Program-made: the position numbers and the translations under genes
Assembly: GCF_027484545.1 (NCBI RefSeq)
Contig: NZ_JAIXST010000034.1
Coordinates: 1,211 to 65,210 of the forward strand
Origin: Runella sp.
Lineage (GTDB): Bacteria; Bacteroidota; Bacteroidia; Cytophagales; Spirosomataceae
Direction of reading: 5' to 3'
DNA length: 64,000 nt
Shown here: one piece after another, positions 9,360-20,564 of the stretch
How positions within the stretch are numbered: position 1 is the stretch's first letter
Layout of the letters: each line of letters opens with the position of its first letter
Notes under the pieces: model-generated
What the model was told of the DNA's origin: nothing
Seen by the model: the letters and a program-made list of their open reading frames with translations, nothing else
Database searches by the model: none

Positions 9360-10070
9360 ATGAAACAACTATTGATTTTGAGCTTAAGTATACTGATCAC
9401 GCTCAGCGCTGTTGCCCAACAGGGAACTTTGGAATATAAAATGATCCTATCAAGAGGACAGGAAAAAGGCATGGTATCGGCCAGTAAAATGATGTTTTCG
9501 GGCACTAAAATACGAGTGGAAACCAATATGGCTATTGCCGGGACAACGATTAAACAGGCGATGTTGATGCTTCCTGAAAAGCCAAACGTAATCACCATGT
9601 TGGACGAAAGTTCTAAAACGTATCGGGAAGTAAGTACGGGGCAGAAAACGATGGATAAAGTGACTCTCAAAGTGGTTGGTAAAGAAAAAATTCAAAATTT
9701 TAATTGCACCCACGTCATTGTTACGACTCAAAATCGCCCAATGGATATGTGGACGACCAAAGACATCAGTGGATACGAAAATATGCTGGCTTACTGGAAA
9801 TCAAGCATTAGTGGTGGTAATGACCAAATGTATACTGAACTGAAAAAAGCAGGGGCCGAGGGTTTTGTGGTTAAGATGCAGATTCCCGGCAGCATGACCA
9901 TGGAGTTGGTAAAATACGATGCTAAACCCGTTTCTGCATCGGTATTTACTATTCCGGCAGGATACAAAAAAGGGACCTCTATGGATCCCGAAAAAATGAA
10001 AAACATGACCCCCGCCGAAAGACGGAAGGCCATGGAAGAAATGATGAAACAATACGGAGGGAAGCAGTAG
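9360..10070 (+). CDS. Secreted DUF4412-like protein
   Basis: Signal peptide; GKEKIQNFNCTHV...DMWTTKDI and VFTIPAGYKK pattern. Confidence 0.7.
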   Translation: MKQLLILSLSILITLSAVAQQGTLEYKMILSRGQEKGMVSASKMMFSGTKIRVETNMAIAGTTIKQAMLMLPEKPNVITMLDESSKTYREVSTGQKTMDKVTLKVVGKEKIQNFNCTHVIVTTQNRPMDMWTTKDISGYENMLAYWKSSISGGNDQMYTELKKAGAEGFVVKMQIPGSMTMELVKYDAKPVSASVFTIPAGYKKGTSMDPEKMKNMTPAERRKAMEEMMKQYGGKQ

Positions 10071-10087
10071 CGGGGCCGCCCGTGCGG
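10071..10087 (+). repeat. Dispersed GC-rich motif CGGGGCCGCCCGTGCGG, copy 1
   Basis: Identical 17-mer on the minus strand at 30427-30443; 15-bp core again at 56444-56458. Confidence 0.85.
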
Positions 10088-10151
10088 CAGTTTACAGTTA
10101 AAAAAAGTTTACAGGTTATATGCAGTAGGCAGTTAAAAATAGGGTAAATTT

Positions 10152-11526
<1,375 letters not shown>

Positions 11527-11552
11527 TTTTCGTAATTCTTGATTTTGAACGC

Positions 11553-14500
11553 TTATTTTTTCTCCTCTTCTCCTTCAGCCATCATTCCCTCAATGTCCTC
11601 GCAATGCCACATGCGTTGGCGGCGGAATGCAGGCCGTACTGTGGTCACGCCTCCTGTTTTGGCCGAAATCATTTTCTGAATCAAACGAGCGCGTTCTTTT
11701 TCTACTTCCGTACGGCGTTTTTCATCACCGTCGGTCGAATAACAAATGGTTCCTTCCACAATGGTGTAATCGGGGCGGGCATAAATAGAAAGAGGGTGAT
11801 TGTTCCACAAAACCAAATCAGCGTCTTTCCCCACTTTGATACTTCCCGTACGTTTGTCCAAATGAAGGATTTTAGCGGGATTAATGGTCACCATTTTAAG
11901 CGCTTCCGTTTCGGCAATACCGCCGTATTCCACTGCTTTGGCCGCTTCCTGATTCAGACGGCGTGCCATTTCGGCGTCGTCAGAGTTGATACTGGTCAAT
12001 ACACCTACTTTGGCTAAAATGGCGGCATTGTACGGAATGGCGTCTTTTACTTCCATTTTGTAAGCCCACCAGTCAGCAAAAGAGGAACCGGCAGAGCCGT
12101 GTTTTTTCATTTTGTCAGCTACTTTGTACCCTTCCAGAATGTGCGTAAACGTATTCACTTTAAAGCCCAATGAATCAGCCACTTTCAGCAACATATTGAT
12201 TTCGGACTGTATGTAAGAATGGCAGGTGATATGGCGTTTGCCGTTAAGGATTTCGGCAATTGCATCCAATTCAATATCGCGGCGCGGTGCGGGCATTCCA
12301 ATTTTGTTTTTCATGGAATTGTAAGAATCCCAAGCACGTTCGTATTCGCGAGCACGGGTAAAATGATCGAAAAATACCTGCTCGACACCCATTCGAGTTT
12401 GAGGAAATCGTCCGGTAGGATTGGGACTGCTGGACTGCTTCACGTTTTCTCCCAAAGCAAACTTGATGTATTGCGCTTCTGGAACCAACATTTCGGAAAC
12501 ATTACTGCCCCATTTCAATTTGACAACGGCTGATTGCCCTCCGATGGAGTTGGCCGAACCGTGCAATAATTGAGACATCGTAACGCCTCCTGCCAATTGC
12601 CGATAAATGTTAATATCATCCGGGTTAACGACGTCGCTCATGCGTACTTCTGCCGAACTGGATTGTCCGCCTTCGTTGATGGAAACCAGTGCAATGTGCG
12701 AGTGTTCGTCAATGATTCCTGCCGTGAGGTGTTTGCCGGCTCCGTCTATGACGCGGGCATTGGGAGCGGAAATATTTTTGGCAATGCGGGTAATCTTCCC
12801 GTTTTCGACCAACACGTCCGTTCCTTGCAAGACACCGGCCTCTTCGCTGGTCCAAACGGTCGTGTTTTTGACGAGAAGTGTTTCTGTTTTAGGTTTTTCC
12901 GGGTTTCCAAAACCAACAAAAGGAAATAAAGGTCTCCCTACGTTGGGTGCCGGTTTTTGTGCTGTATCTCGACGAGCCTCGGCTACTTTAAGCGGTTCGG
13001 TCAAGGTTGCTGTCCATTTAATGGTTTCACCTTTAGCATTTTCTCCTGTGCCTTTAAAACCGGTTCCTTCTTTGTAGCCGGTTAAACGAGTTGTGGCGGT
13101 TGGGACTTTTTTGTCAGGTTGAAAATTAAGAGAGATAACGTCGTTGAGGTAGGTTACTTTGGGAGTAATCTTTACGGTATCGCTCAGGACAATTTGGTAG
13201 TCAGGCTTTTCAGGTTTTCCCGAAATAATGAGTTTTCCCTTTTCCGAATTCAAATTAAGTTGGTAGGTAGCGCGCAAATCCGCTTGCTCCAAGGAGTTGA
13301 TGATGTATTTTTTGCCCCGAATCCAGTTCTCAATGATGATGTTATCGGCATTGAATAAATTGCCCGACGTGATGATAAAATTGGCCCAAGAACCTGTTTT
13401 TAGGTTTCCTACTTTGTCACCAGATTGCAGAAGTTGAGCTGGCACTGTTGTAAGGGCTTCCAATGCTTTGGTTTCTGATAAACCGTACTCAATTGCTTTG
13501 CGAAGATTAGGCCAAAAATCCGTTTTGGCTCTGAGCAAGGCTGAAGTAATGGCAAAATTGACGCCTGCTTTTTCGAGCGCTGCGGCGTTGGCAGGGGCCA
13601 TTTCCCAGTGTTTCATCTCGGCCAAACTTACGTTATCGGCATCCCAGGCATCTTCTACGTCGAAGGCTGCGGGGAAATTGACGGGTACAATAATCGAACC
13701 TCCGGCAGCTTTTATTTCGTCAATCCGTTGGTATTCATCACCCGTTCCGCGAAAAATATACTGTGTTTTGAATTCATTGCCCAGTTTGTCGGCACGAAGC
13801 AGACTCCACTTGTCGGTGGTTTCAAAAACCGCAGGAAGAGCACTTTGCGCATTGAAGGCTTCAAGCGAAATATTATGCTCCACGTTTTTGCCCGTGGTTT
13901 TGTACCATTCCGCATCGTAGTAAGTTTGACGCAATAACGCCATCGCACCCATTGGTGAATTGGGGTATTGTTGCGTAGAAGAACCTTTGCTAAACGATAA
14001 ATGAGAAGATACCGGGCTGCGAACGATAACACTGTTGTCTCCTTCGGAAGCAAGACTAACCAATGCTCCACTGCCTCGAATAAAGCCGTCGTGGTAGTGG
14101 GTCAATACCGTTCCGAAGCCTAATTTTCGTAATTCGTCGGCTTTTAAGCTGTTGACTGTAAATAGTTTACCCGCGTCGGTTTCGGCATTGATGGCTTGAT
14201 TCCAGCCATAAGCGCCTTTTTTGTTGGATTCAATTTGCGGAGGTGTTCCGCGTCCGCCTCCTTGGGTGCGTTTTACTTCGGGCATCCCGTAGTCGGATTC
14301 CATGTCAATCAAAGCGGGATAAATACGGCGACCTTTTAAGTCGGTTACCACCGTGCCAGCGGGAATTTGTACGTCTTTTCCTGCTACGACCACAATGCCG
14401 TTTTTGATAAGCAGCGTGGCACTTTCAAGCACCGTTCGGGCATCTACGTAAATAGTGGCGTTGGTAAAAGCGTACATTTCGGGGCGTTCATCATACACCC

Positions 14501-14582
14501 CGTTGCGGGGAAAAGTAGGCGATTGGGCCCAAACAGATGAAAAGACGGATAGCGTGATGAGAAGTGTAATGATTTTTTTCAT
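11553..14582 (-). CDS. Secreted two-domain amidohydrolase-family protein
   Basis: Two amidohydrolase folds; the second has IIDEHSH, FTHILEG, INSDDA, TINPAKIL, GKDADLVLW. Confidence 0.88.
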   Translation of the reverse strand: MKKIITLLITLSVFSSVWAQSPTFPRNGVYDERPEMYAFTNATIYVDARTVLESATLLIKNGIVVVAGKDVQIPAGTVVTDLKGRRIYPALIDMESDYGMPEVKRTQGGGRGTPPQIESNKKGAYGWNQAINAETDAGKLFTVNSLKADELRKLGFGTVLTHYHDGFIRGSGALVSLASEGDNSVIVRSPVSSHLSFSKGSSTQQYPNSPMGAMALLRQTYYDAEWYKTTGKNVEHNISLEAFNAQSALPAVFETTDKWSLLRADKLGNEFKTQYIFRGTGDEYQRIDEIKAAGGSIIVPVNFPAAFDVEDAWDADNVSLAEMKHWEMAPANAAALEKAGVNFAITSALLRAKTDFWPNLRKAIEYGLSETKALEALTTVPAQLLQSGDKVGNLKTGSWANFIITSGNLFNADNIIIENWIRGKKYIINSLEQADLRATYQLNLNSEKGKLIISGKPEKPDYQIVLSDTVKITPKVTYLNDVISLNFQPDKKVPTATTRLTGYKEGTGFKGTGENAKGETIKWTATLTEPLKVAEARRDTAQKPAPNVGRPLFPFVGFGNPEKPKTETLLVKNTTVWTSEEAGVLQGTDVLVENGKITRIAKNISAPNARVIDGAGKHLTAGIIDEHSHIALVSINEGGQSSSAEVRMSDVVNPDDINIYRQLAGGVTMSQLLHGSANSIGGQSAVVKLKWGSNVSEMLVPEAQYIKFALGENVKQSSSPNPTGRFPQTRMGVEQVFFDHFTRAREYERAWDSYNSMKNKIGMPAPRRDIELDAIAEILNGKRHITCHSYIQSEINMLLKVADSLGFKVNTFTHILEGYKVADKMKKHGSAGSSFADWWAYKMEVKDAIPYNAAILAKVGVLTSINSDDAEMARRLNQEAAKAVEYGGIAETEALKMVTINPAKILHLDKRTGSIKVGKDADLVLWNNHPLSIYARPDYTIVEGTICYSTDGDEKRRTEVEKERARLIQKMISAKTGGVTTVRPAFRRQRMWHCEDIEGMMAEGEEEKK

Positions 14583-14678
14583 GCAAAAAAACAGGTTAGT
14601 TTAGGATTCTATCCCAAATCTAACCTGTAAATTTTTGCAAAAAAAGGGAACAACGAAAAAGTCCAATAATCCCTAAAT

Positions 14679-16169
14679 TTATTTACTAATCACCTTAATT
14701 AAAGTGCCTTGAGTCACGGGATCAGTAGGTTGCATTTGATTTAAAATGCCCAATTCGTCGATTCGGCTGTCGGGCATTCCGAGATTCTTCATCGTATCTT
14801 TGAAAGAAGCCGTGCGGGTGACGGTTTTGATACGAATACGGTCAGGCTTGCGGTTAAGTTTGTCGGGGTCATTCAAAGATTTGAAACCTTCGGCTACGCC
14901 GCGAAACGTTCCAAAAGAATCGTTGAAAGCAGGGGTATACGCCATGCCGTGAATGGCCAGAATTATTCCGTTGTATTGGAGCAACCAAGTGCCTACCTGC
15001 ACTACTGTTTTGGGGTCTTGTGCCGGGGTTTGCGTAGTAGTGGCCTGTGTACCTTGCTGTTGTTCTGGTTGTATTTGAGATACCATTGCTAAAGCAGGGA
15101 TGCCGTTGATGGTCGTGTTTTTGTTTTCCAAGACCTTAAAATTGTAGTTCTTCACCACACTTTGGGCGGCCTCTTCCAGCGTTTTTCCTTCGGCTACTGT
15201 AAGCATCATCATTGATTTCCCATCTTTGGCAGCCATTTGAAATTGAATGGGAGAGTTTTCATACTGCCAATCGCGGGGAATGGGAAATTGAAATTTGAGT
15301 TCGGGATGGTAAAAATTCCAGTTTTCGACAAAACCCTGTTTGGGGTCATCTCCATAAATGATGCCATCAATCATGCGCAGATAGCTGTCTCTTTCTACCA
15401 AGTAGTTGCCCGGATTGGCTTTCTGATATTCCTGCGCCATTTGGTTTACATTGGTTTGGCGATTGCCCGGATCGGGGTGCGTTGACATGAATGTAGGAAT
15501 GGATTGGCCGCTTTTTTCAGACAACCGCTTTAATGTGCCGAAAAACTGTGCCATTTCACGGGCATCGTACCCAATTTTGCCAGAATACCCTACGCCGATT
15601 TTATCCGATTCTGACTCGTGGGCTCGACTGTAACTCAATAAAACCATTTGTAATCCTTGCATGGCTTGGTCGCCCATTTGACGAACCTTGTCAGAAAGTA
15701 CCATCCCTGCCATCAGGCCGACAGTACCAAGTACTTGAGTGGTTTGCTGACGGGCAGAATGGCGAGCCGTAATGTGCCCGATTTCGTGACCCAGAACACC
15801 CGTAAATTCGGCGGAGTTGTTGAAATGAGCCATTATGCCTCGTGTAAAATAAACGTAGCCACCGGGAATGGCAAAGGCATTGACCACGGGTGAATCCACG
15901 ATATAAAACTGATAAGGCAAATCGGGACGGTGAGAGATGGCGGCCATGGCCTTGCCCTTTTCGTTGATAAAATTCTGTAATTTCGTGTCATCATACAGAC
16001 CCATTGTAGCTACGACGGAAGGATGAGACTGCGCCCCTAAAGCAATTTCCTGTTCTTGGGACATAAAAATAAGCTCTTTTTTACCGGTCACCGGATTTCT
16101 TGAGCAACTTTGCAGCGTCAATGAAGTGACAGCGAGACAATACAACCAAATAGAGGAGGTTTTTTTCAT
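14679..16169 (-). CDS. M48 family metalloprotease, lipoprotein
   Basis: Lipobox LQSC; NAFAIPGG, zinc motif HEIGH, YSRAHESESD, STHPDP; start MKKTSS at 16169. Confidence 0.92.
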   Translation of the reverse strand: MKKTSSIWLYCLAVTSLTLQSCSRNPVTGKKELIFMSQEQEIALGAQSHPSVVATMGLYDDTKLQNFINEKGKAMAAISHRPDLPYQFYIVDSPVVNAFAIPGGYVYFTRGIMAHFNNSAEFTGVLGHEIGHITARHSARQQTTQVLGTVGLMAGMVLSDKVRQMGDQAMQGLQMVLLSYSRAHESESDKIGVGYSGKIGYDAREMAQFFGTLKRLSEKSGQSIPTFMSTHPDPGNRQTNVNQMAQEYQKANPGNYLVERDSYLRMIDGIIYGDDPKQGFVENWNFYHPELKFQFPIPRDWQYENSPIQFQMAAKDGKSMMMLTVAEGKTLEEAAQSVVKNYNFKVLENKNTTINGIPALAMVSQIQPEQQQGTQATTTQTPAQDPKTVVQVGTWLLQYNGIILAIHGMAYTPAFNDSFGTFRGVAEGFKSLNDPDKLNRKPDRIRIKTVTRTASFKDTMKNLGMPDSRIDELGILNQMQPTDPVTQGTLIKVISK

Positions 16170-16273
16170 AGATAGGCTTCGATTATGGACTGATTTGGTA
16201 AAACCGCAGGATGATTTCCTGACACAAATTTTAGAAAAAGTAACCACTTTGCACTGGATATAAATACTAATTG

Positions 16274-16300
16274 TGAATGGTGAATGGTGATTTAGTGAAT
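16274..16300. repeat. Short degenerate heptamer array TGAATGG
   Basis: TGAATGG TGAATGG TGATTTA GTGAAT in the divergent spacer. Confidence 0.6.
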
Positions 16301-16354
16301 AATTAATTGATTATAAGTGTATTACACAAATATTTGTAAAAACTGAATTGATAT

Positions 16355-17209
16355 ATGAAAGTTAACGGAAATCTATTCATTATAACAATAGCCATTTTTA
16401 TATGGGGCCGGTCAAGTCAGCAAATTTACGCGCAAAAAAAGTCAAAGTATTTAGGTTGGGGATTGGTTTGGGCCGATGAATTTAATACTCCGGGTACTCC
16501 CAACCCTGCCAATTGGAAGTTTGAAAAAGGCTTTGTAAGAAACCACGAACATCAGTGGTATCAGCCCGAAAATGCCTATTGCAAGAAAGGGAAACTTATC
16601 ATCGAAGGTCGCCGTGAAAATCGCCCTAATCCTAATTATGATGCCAATAGTCAAGATTGGAAAAAGAGCCGCCCAACCATCGAATATACCTCTTCCAGCC
16701 TCAAAACAGCAGGTTTGCACAGTTGGAAGTACGGGCGTTTTGAAATGCGGGCCCGAATTGATACGCGTGCCGGCGTGTGGCCAGCGTGGTGGATGTTAGG
16801 AGTAGAAGGCGAGTGGCCTCGCAACGGTGAAATAGATATTATGGAATTTTATCGGGGAATGCTGTTGGCCAACTTTGCCTGGGGAAGCGAAACGCGTTTC
16901 AAAGCCGTGTGGCGCGATCTTAAAAAGCCCATTGAAACGTTTGAAGACCGTCGTTGGAGCAAGAAATTTCACGTTTGGCGCATGGATTGGGACGAGAAAG
17001 CCATCCGACTTTACGTAGACGGAGAATTGCTCAATTTTGTGGATCTTTCCGATACAATCAATCGCGACGGAACGGGCAAAAACCCCTTTATACAACCTCA
17101 TTATATGTTGCTTAATCTCGCTATTGGCGGTGATAACGGCGGCGACCCTTCACTCACAAAATTTCCTTCCAAGTATGAAATTGACTATGTACGGGTGTAT
17201 CAGCGATGA
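16355..17209 (+). CDS. Glycoside hydrolase family 16 (beta-glucanase-like), secreted
   Basis: LVWADEF, YGRFEMRA, WPAWWMLG, catalytic GEIDIMEF, LLNLAIGG, IDYVRVYQ. Confidence 0.93.
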   Translation: MKVNGNLFIITIAIFIWGRSSQQIYAQKKSKYLGWGLVWADEFNTPGTPNPANWKFEKGFVRNHEHQWYQPENAYCKKGKLIIEGRRENRPNPNYDANSQDWKKSRPTIEYTSSSLKTAGLHSWKYGRFEMRARIDTRAGVWPAWWMLGVEGEWPRNGEIDIMEFYRGMLLANFAWGSETRFKAVWRDLKKPIETFEDRRWSKKFHVWRMDWDEKAIRLYVDGELLNFVDLSDTINRDGTGKNPFIQPHYMLLNLAIGGDNGGDPSLTKFPSKYEIDYVRVYQR

Positions 17210-17268
17210 GGGTTGGAATAAAATGCTAAAAAGCTTATTTTTGGTAGAAAATTTTAAATGAATGAGCT

Positions 17269-17682
17269 ATGAACGACAACATAATTTATATGGGAGTAAA
17301 CGCGCCGCGTATCCACCAAGCCATTATTGCAAAATTGATAACAGGTTTAACTAATTTGTATTTACAAGATAAAACTTCCTTATTCGCCTATCCTGAGACG
17401 ATGATTGATGAAGGCCAAACCAGCCCTACGCCTGATATAATGCTGGTAAATTCTGAAACGGAACTTACCGAGGCTATCATTGAAATAACACATACCCAAG
17501 GTGTGAAGAAAGATACCCAAAAGCTGAAAGAATTGATGCAAACGTACGACGTAAAAGAAGGGTTTGTCTATGATTATAAGCTTAATCTTTGGCACCGATA
17601 TATACTTGAAAACCTTGATTACGCCGAAAACTCGTCTTATTGTCAAGCTGTTGATTGTGAATTGAGTAAGTTTTTGTTTTAA
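17269..17682 (+). CDS. Uma2-like PD-(D/E)xK endonuclease-fold protein
   Basis: HQAII, PTPDIML, IIEI, GFVYDY pattern. Confidence 0.7.
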   Translation: MNDNIIYMGVNAPRIHQAIIAKLITGLTNLYLQDKTSLFAYPETMIDEGQTSPTPDIMLVNSETELTEAIIEITHTQGVKKDTQKLKELMQTYDVKEGFVYDYKLNLWHRYILENLDYAENSSYCQAVDCELSKFLF

Positions 17683-17690
17683 GGGATGTT

Positions 17691-18608
17691 ATGAGTAATA
17701 AATTAGATAGTCGAAGCCTTTGGAGCGCGTTTAGTAATGAAGGCCACTTTTTACTCATTTTTACAGGATTAATCTTAATTTTTTCGGGTCTATTTATAAT
17801 CACTCAGGTTGCTACAGGCCATTTTTTACCACATGACAGTTATTATTTAGGTTTAAATGCGCAGGAATTATCAAGATTCTACAAAGGTCGTATAACCTAT
17901 TTTATGTTTCATGACAGAGTTGCTTTTGGAGGTTCAATCATATCTGTAGGAATACTGTATATGTGGTTGGCAGAATTTCCTCTAAGGAACAAAGAAGCGT
18001 GGGCGTGGTGGGTTTTTCTTTTCTCTGGTTGCATTGGTTTTGGTAGTTTTTTAACCTACTTAGGTTTTGGTTACTTTGATACTTGGCACGGAATAGGAAC
18101 GGCTTTATTAATTCCCTTTTATGTAACTGGTTTGGTAAAATCATACCAAAACCTAAGGGGAAAAAGTTACAAAGATTTATTTGTCACTACTAATAAAACT
18201 GCTTTAACAACCCGTGCATGCATTGGAAAGATTCTTTTACAATTGGTAAGCACGGGATTGTTTTTGGGCGGGATAGTAATTATGACAGTGGGGATGACAA
18301 CCGTTTTTGTACCGCAAGATTTAGAATTTATGGAAATTCCGGTTTGTGGATTGCTTGACCAAATAAGCCCTCAATTGATTCCATTAATTGCCCATGATAG
18401 GGCTTGCTTTGGAGGAGGCTTGGCTACGATAGGGTTAATGTTGTTCTTTATTATCAGGAGAAGTCATTTTACCAGAAATCTATGGGAAGTATTATTTTTG
18501 AGTCTTTTTATTGGTTTCAGTTGTGCTATCGGAATCCATTTTATCATTGAATATACCGATTTGATTCATTTGGCACCTGCCTATTTGGGATTTTACTGCC
18601 GGCTATAG
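17691..18608 (+). CDS. Multi-pass membrane protein of unknown function; probable frameshift near the 3' end
   Basis: Internally duplicated halves (HDRVAFGG / HDRACFGG; WHGIG / HLAPA); adding one T at 18591-18594 extends the frame by a hydrophobic helix to TAG 18667. Confidence 0.7.
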   Translation: MSNKLDSRSLWSAFSNEGHFLLIFTGLILIFSGLFIITQVATGHFLPHDSYYLGLNAQELSRFYKGRITYFMFHDRVAFGGSIISVGILYMWLAEFPLRNKEAWAWWVFLFSGCIGFGSFLTYLGFGYFDTWHGIGTALLIPFYVTGLVKSYQNLRGKSYKDLFVTTNKTALTTRACIGKILLQLVSTGLFLGGIVIMTVGMTTVFVPQDLEFMEIPVCGLLDQISPQLIPLIAHDRACFGGGLATIGLMLFFIIRRSHFTRNLWEVLFLSLFIGFSCAIGIHFIIEYTDLIHLAPAYLGFYCRL

Positions 18609-18815
18609 GTTTAATACTAACTTTTGGTAAATGGGCTACATCAAATACAACAGAAAGATTGTTATAGCCAAATGCAAATAGCTATTATGCCCTTAGAGGT
18701 GTTTTCACCGCCAAATACCCTGATGTTTTCTTGCCAAAATTAACCAAAAAATGCAGCCAGTTTATCAAAACTGACTGCATCATATTTTTAATTCGCCTTC
18801 ATTGAAGAAGATATT

Positions 18816-20492
18816 CTAACCCACAAAGCGCCGTGTTACATTCTTGGCTTTTTCTTTCGTTTCTACGATGAGCGGATGTGTGGGTTGGGAAACCATTTCC
18901 AGCACATCTTCAATGGTATCTTTGAAAAGCAAACTGATAGGCAGTGGGTATTTTTCTTCTTCGTTTATTGTCAGTACGGCAATGGGTTTCACTTTACCGG
19001 AAGCGGAAAGTTGCGCGAATGTTTTACGAGCGTTTAAATAAGCTTCCTGAGTCGCTTCAAATTCAACCGTTTGCTCGACCAGTTCACCTAATTGTTTTTC
19101 AATGCTTTGGTCCAAATCAGCCAAAAGTACTCGTAAATGCACCGTGTCTTTTCCCGTACGAATCCGCTCACGCAGGGATTGCCGAATCAAATACGTGATG
19201 GCGTGAGTGACGTCCAATCCAATCTCGGCCATTTGTTTAAAAATCAGTGACGTAGGCGACATTCCCGGCAAGGTGTTGGGATCGTGCAAAAGAACGCATC
19301 CGTCGGGAGTCAAAAAACCGTCAATTCGTGCTACGGCGTTCATGCCCAATTTCTCAAATACCAGAGCAATGTTATACTGAATCTTTTGGTTGTTGTCGAG
19401 TGTCGTTCTGACGGGGATAAATTTACGCGTAACGTTCAGTTTGTATTTTGTCTTGAAGTCAAATGTTTGTTCTTCTTCCAGTTTAGCGATTTCGGTAGGA
19501 GGGAGAGCAATCACCGTTCCGTCATCGTCCTGAATCACTCCGCACGAAAATTCCTGACCTCTCACAAATTCTTCCAGCAAAACTTGGTCTTCGGCGTTGA
19601 TAGACAGCAAAGCCCCCTTACCCCCAATGGGGGGATAATTATCCAATTTTTCCAATAAGTCAATGGGATGATAAATGATTTCGCCCGTTTCCTGAATAGC
19701 TACGGGATAACCGATACTCTCGTCCAAATTGGCAATCCGTTGTGCGAACGTATGTTTTTCAACATCTGACCAACTTTTCCAATCGTCTGCTTTTACTTCC
19801 AGCGAGAAAAAGCACTGGTTCATGGCTTTGACAAACGCATCCAAGCTGTCTTCTTTCACAATTGCCACTCCAATGGAAGAACCCTGATGCGGCGCTTTTA
19901 CCACAATCGGAAGTCCTAATTCGGCTTTCGCCGTTTCAAAAACTTGGTGAACATCGGCTCCGTTCCACTGTTCCCAACGAACTACCTGCATTTTTTTCTG
20001 TTGACCATTGGCGCGGGCAATCTGCTCATTTTGCAGAATTTTGTCAATGCTCACAGCTGAGCCCAACAGACCGGGACCCATGTAAGGCATTTTATGCCAT
20101 TCCAATAAGCCTTGAATCGCGCCGTCTTCGCAATTGGGTCCGTGGAGGATGATAAAAGCAAAATCAAAATACTTTTTGAAATCCTGCGGTTGAATAGGGG
20201 TACCGATACCGTGCATCAACTCATCTAACTCCGCCTGCGAAAGTTGCTGTTGCAGAGATTCTATATACACGTCAAAGCTGCCTTCCCGAAAGGCCGGTCC
20301 TGGGTAAAAATCTCGGATGCCCGCGTGATAGAGTTTAGATTCATCGGTGAGAATAAAATTGCCGAGGCTGTCTACAAATATTAACACGGGCGTAAACAAC
20401 GCCTTATCTATGTTTTCGTAGGCTGTTTTACCGCCTGCATAAGAAATTTCGCGCTCACGCGCAGGGCCGCCAAAAAAGATTCCGATACGCAC
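18816..20492 (-). CDS. ddl: D-alanine--D-alanine ligase, long form with insertion and C-terminal extension
   Basis: GIFFGGPAREREIS, LHGPNCEDGAIQG, VKAPHQGSSIG, LEEFVRGQEFS, FDFKTKY, ARIDGF, NTLPGM; GTG start. Confidence 0.88.
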   Translation of the reverse strand: MRIGIFFGGPAREREISYAGGKTAYENIDKALFTPVLIFVDSLGNFILTDESKLYHAGIRDFYPGPAFREGSFDVYIESLQQQLSQAELDELMHGIGTPIQPQDFKKYFDFAFIILHGPNCEDGAIQGLLEWHKMPYMGPGLLGSAVSIDKILQNEQIARANGQQKKMQVVRWEQWNGADVHQVFETAKAELGLPIVVKAPHQGSSIGVAIVKEDSLDAFVKAMNQCFFSLEVKADDWKSWSDVEKHTFAQRIANLDESIGYPVAIQETGEIIYHPIDLLEKLDNYPPIGGKGALLSINAEDQVLLEEFVRGQEFSCGVIQDDDGTVIALPPTEIAKLEEEQTFDFKTKYKLNVTRKFIPVRTTLDNNQKIQYNIALVFEKLGMNAVARIDGFLTPDGCVLLHDPNTLPGMSPTSLIFKQMAEIGLDVTHAITYLIRQSLRERIRTGKDTVHLRVLLADLDQSIEKQLGELVEQTVEFEATQEAYLNARKTFAQLSASGKVKPIAVLTINEEEKYPLPISLLFKDTIEDVLEMVSQPTHPLIVETKEKAKNVTRRFVG

Positions 20493-20495
20493 GAT

Positions 20496-20532
20496 GTGAA
20501 TGAGTCAAGGGTGAATGAGTGATTTGTGAATG
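20496..20532. repeat. 15-bp-period GTGAATG repeat in the bla-ddl spacer
   Basis: GTGAATGAGT at 20496 and 20511, GTGAATG at 20526. Confidence 0.6.
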
Positions 20533-20564
20533 TTACAAAGGTACTCTGTTGAAGTTTTTATCAA

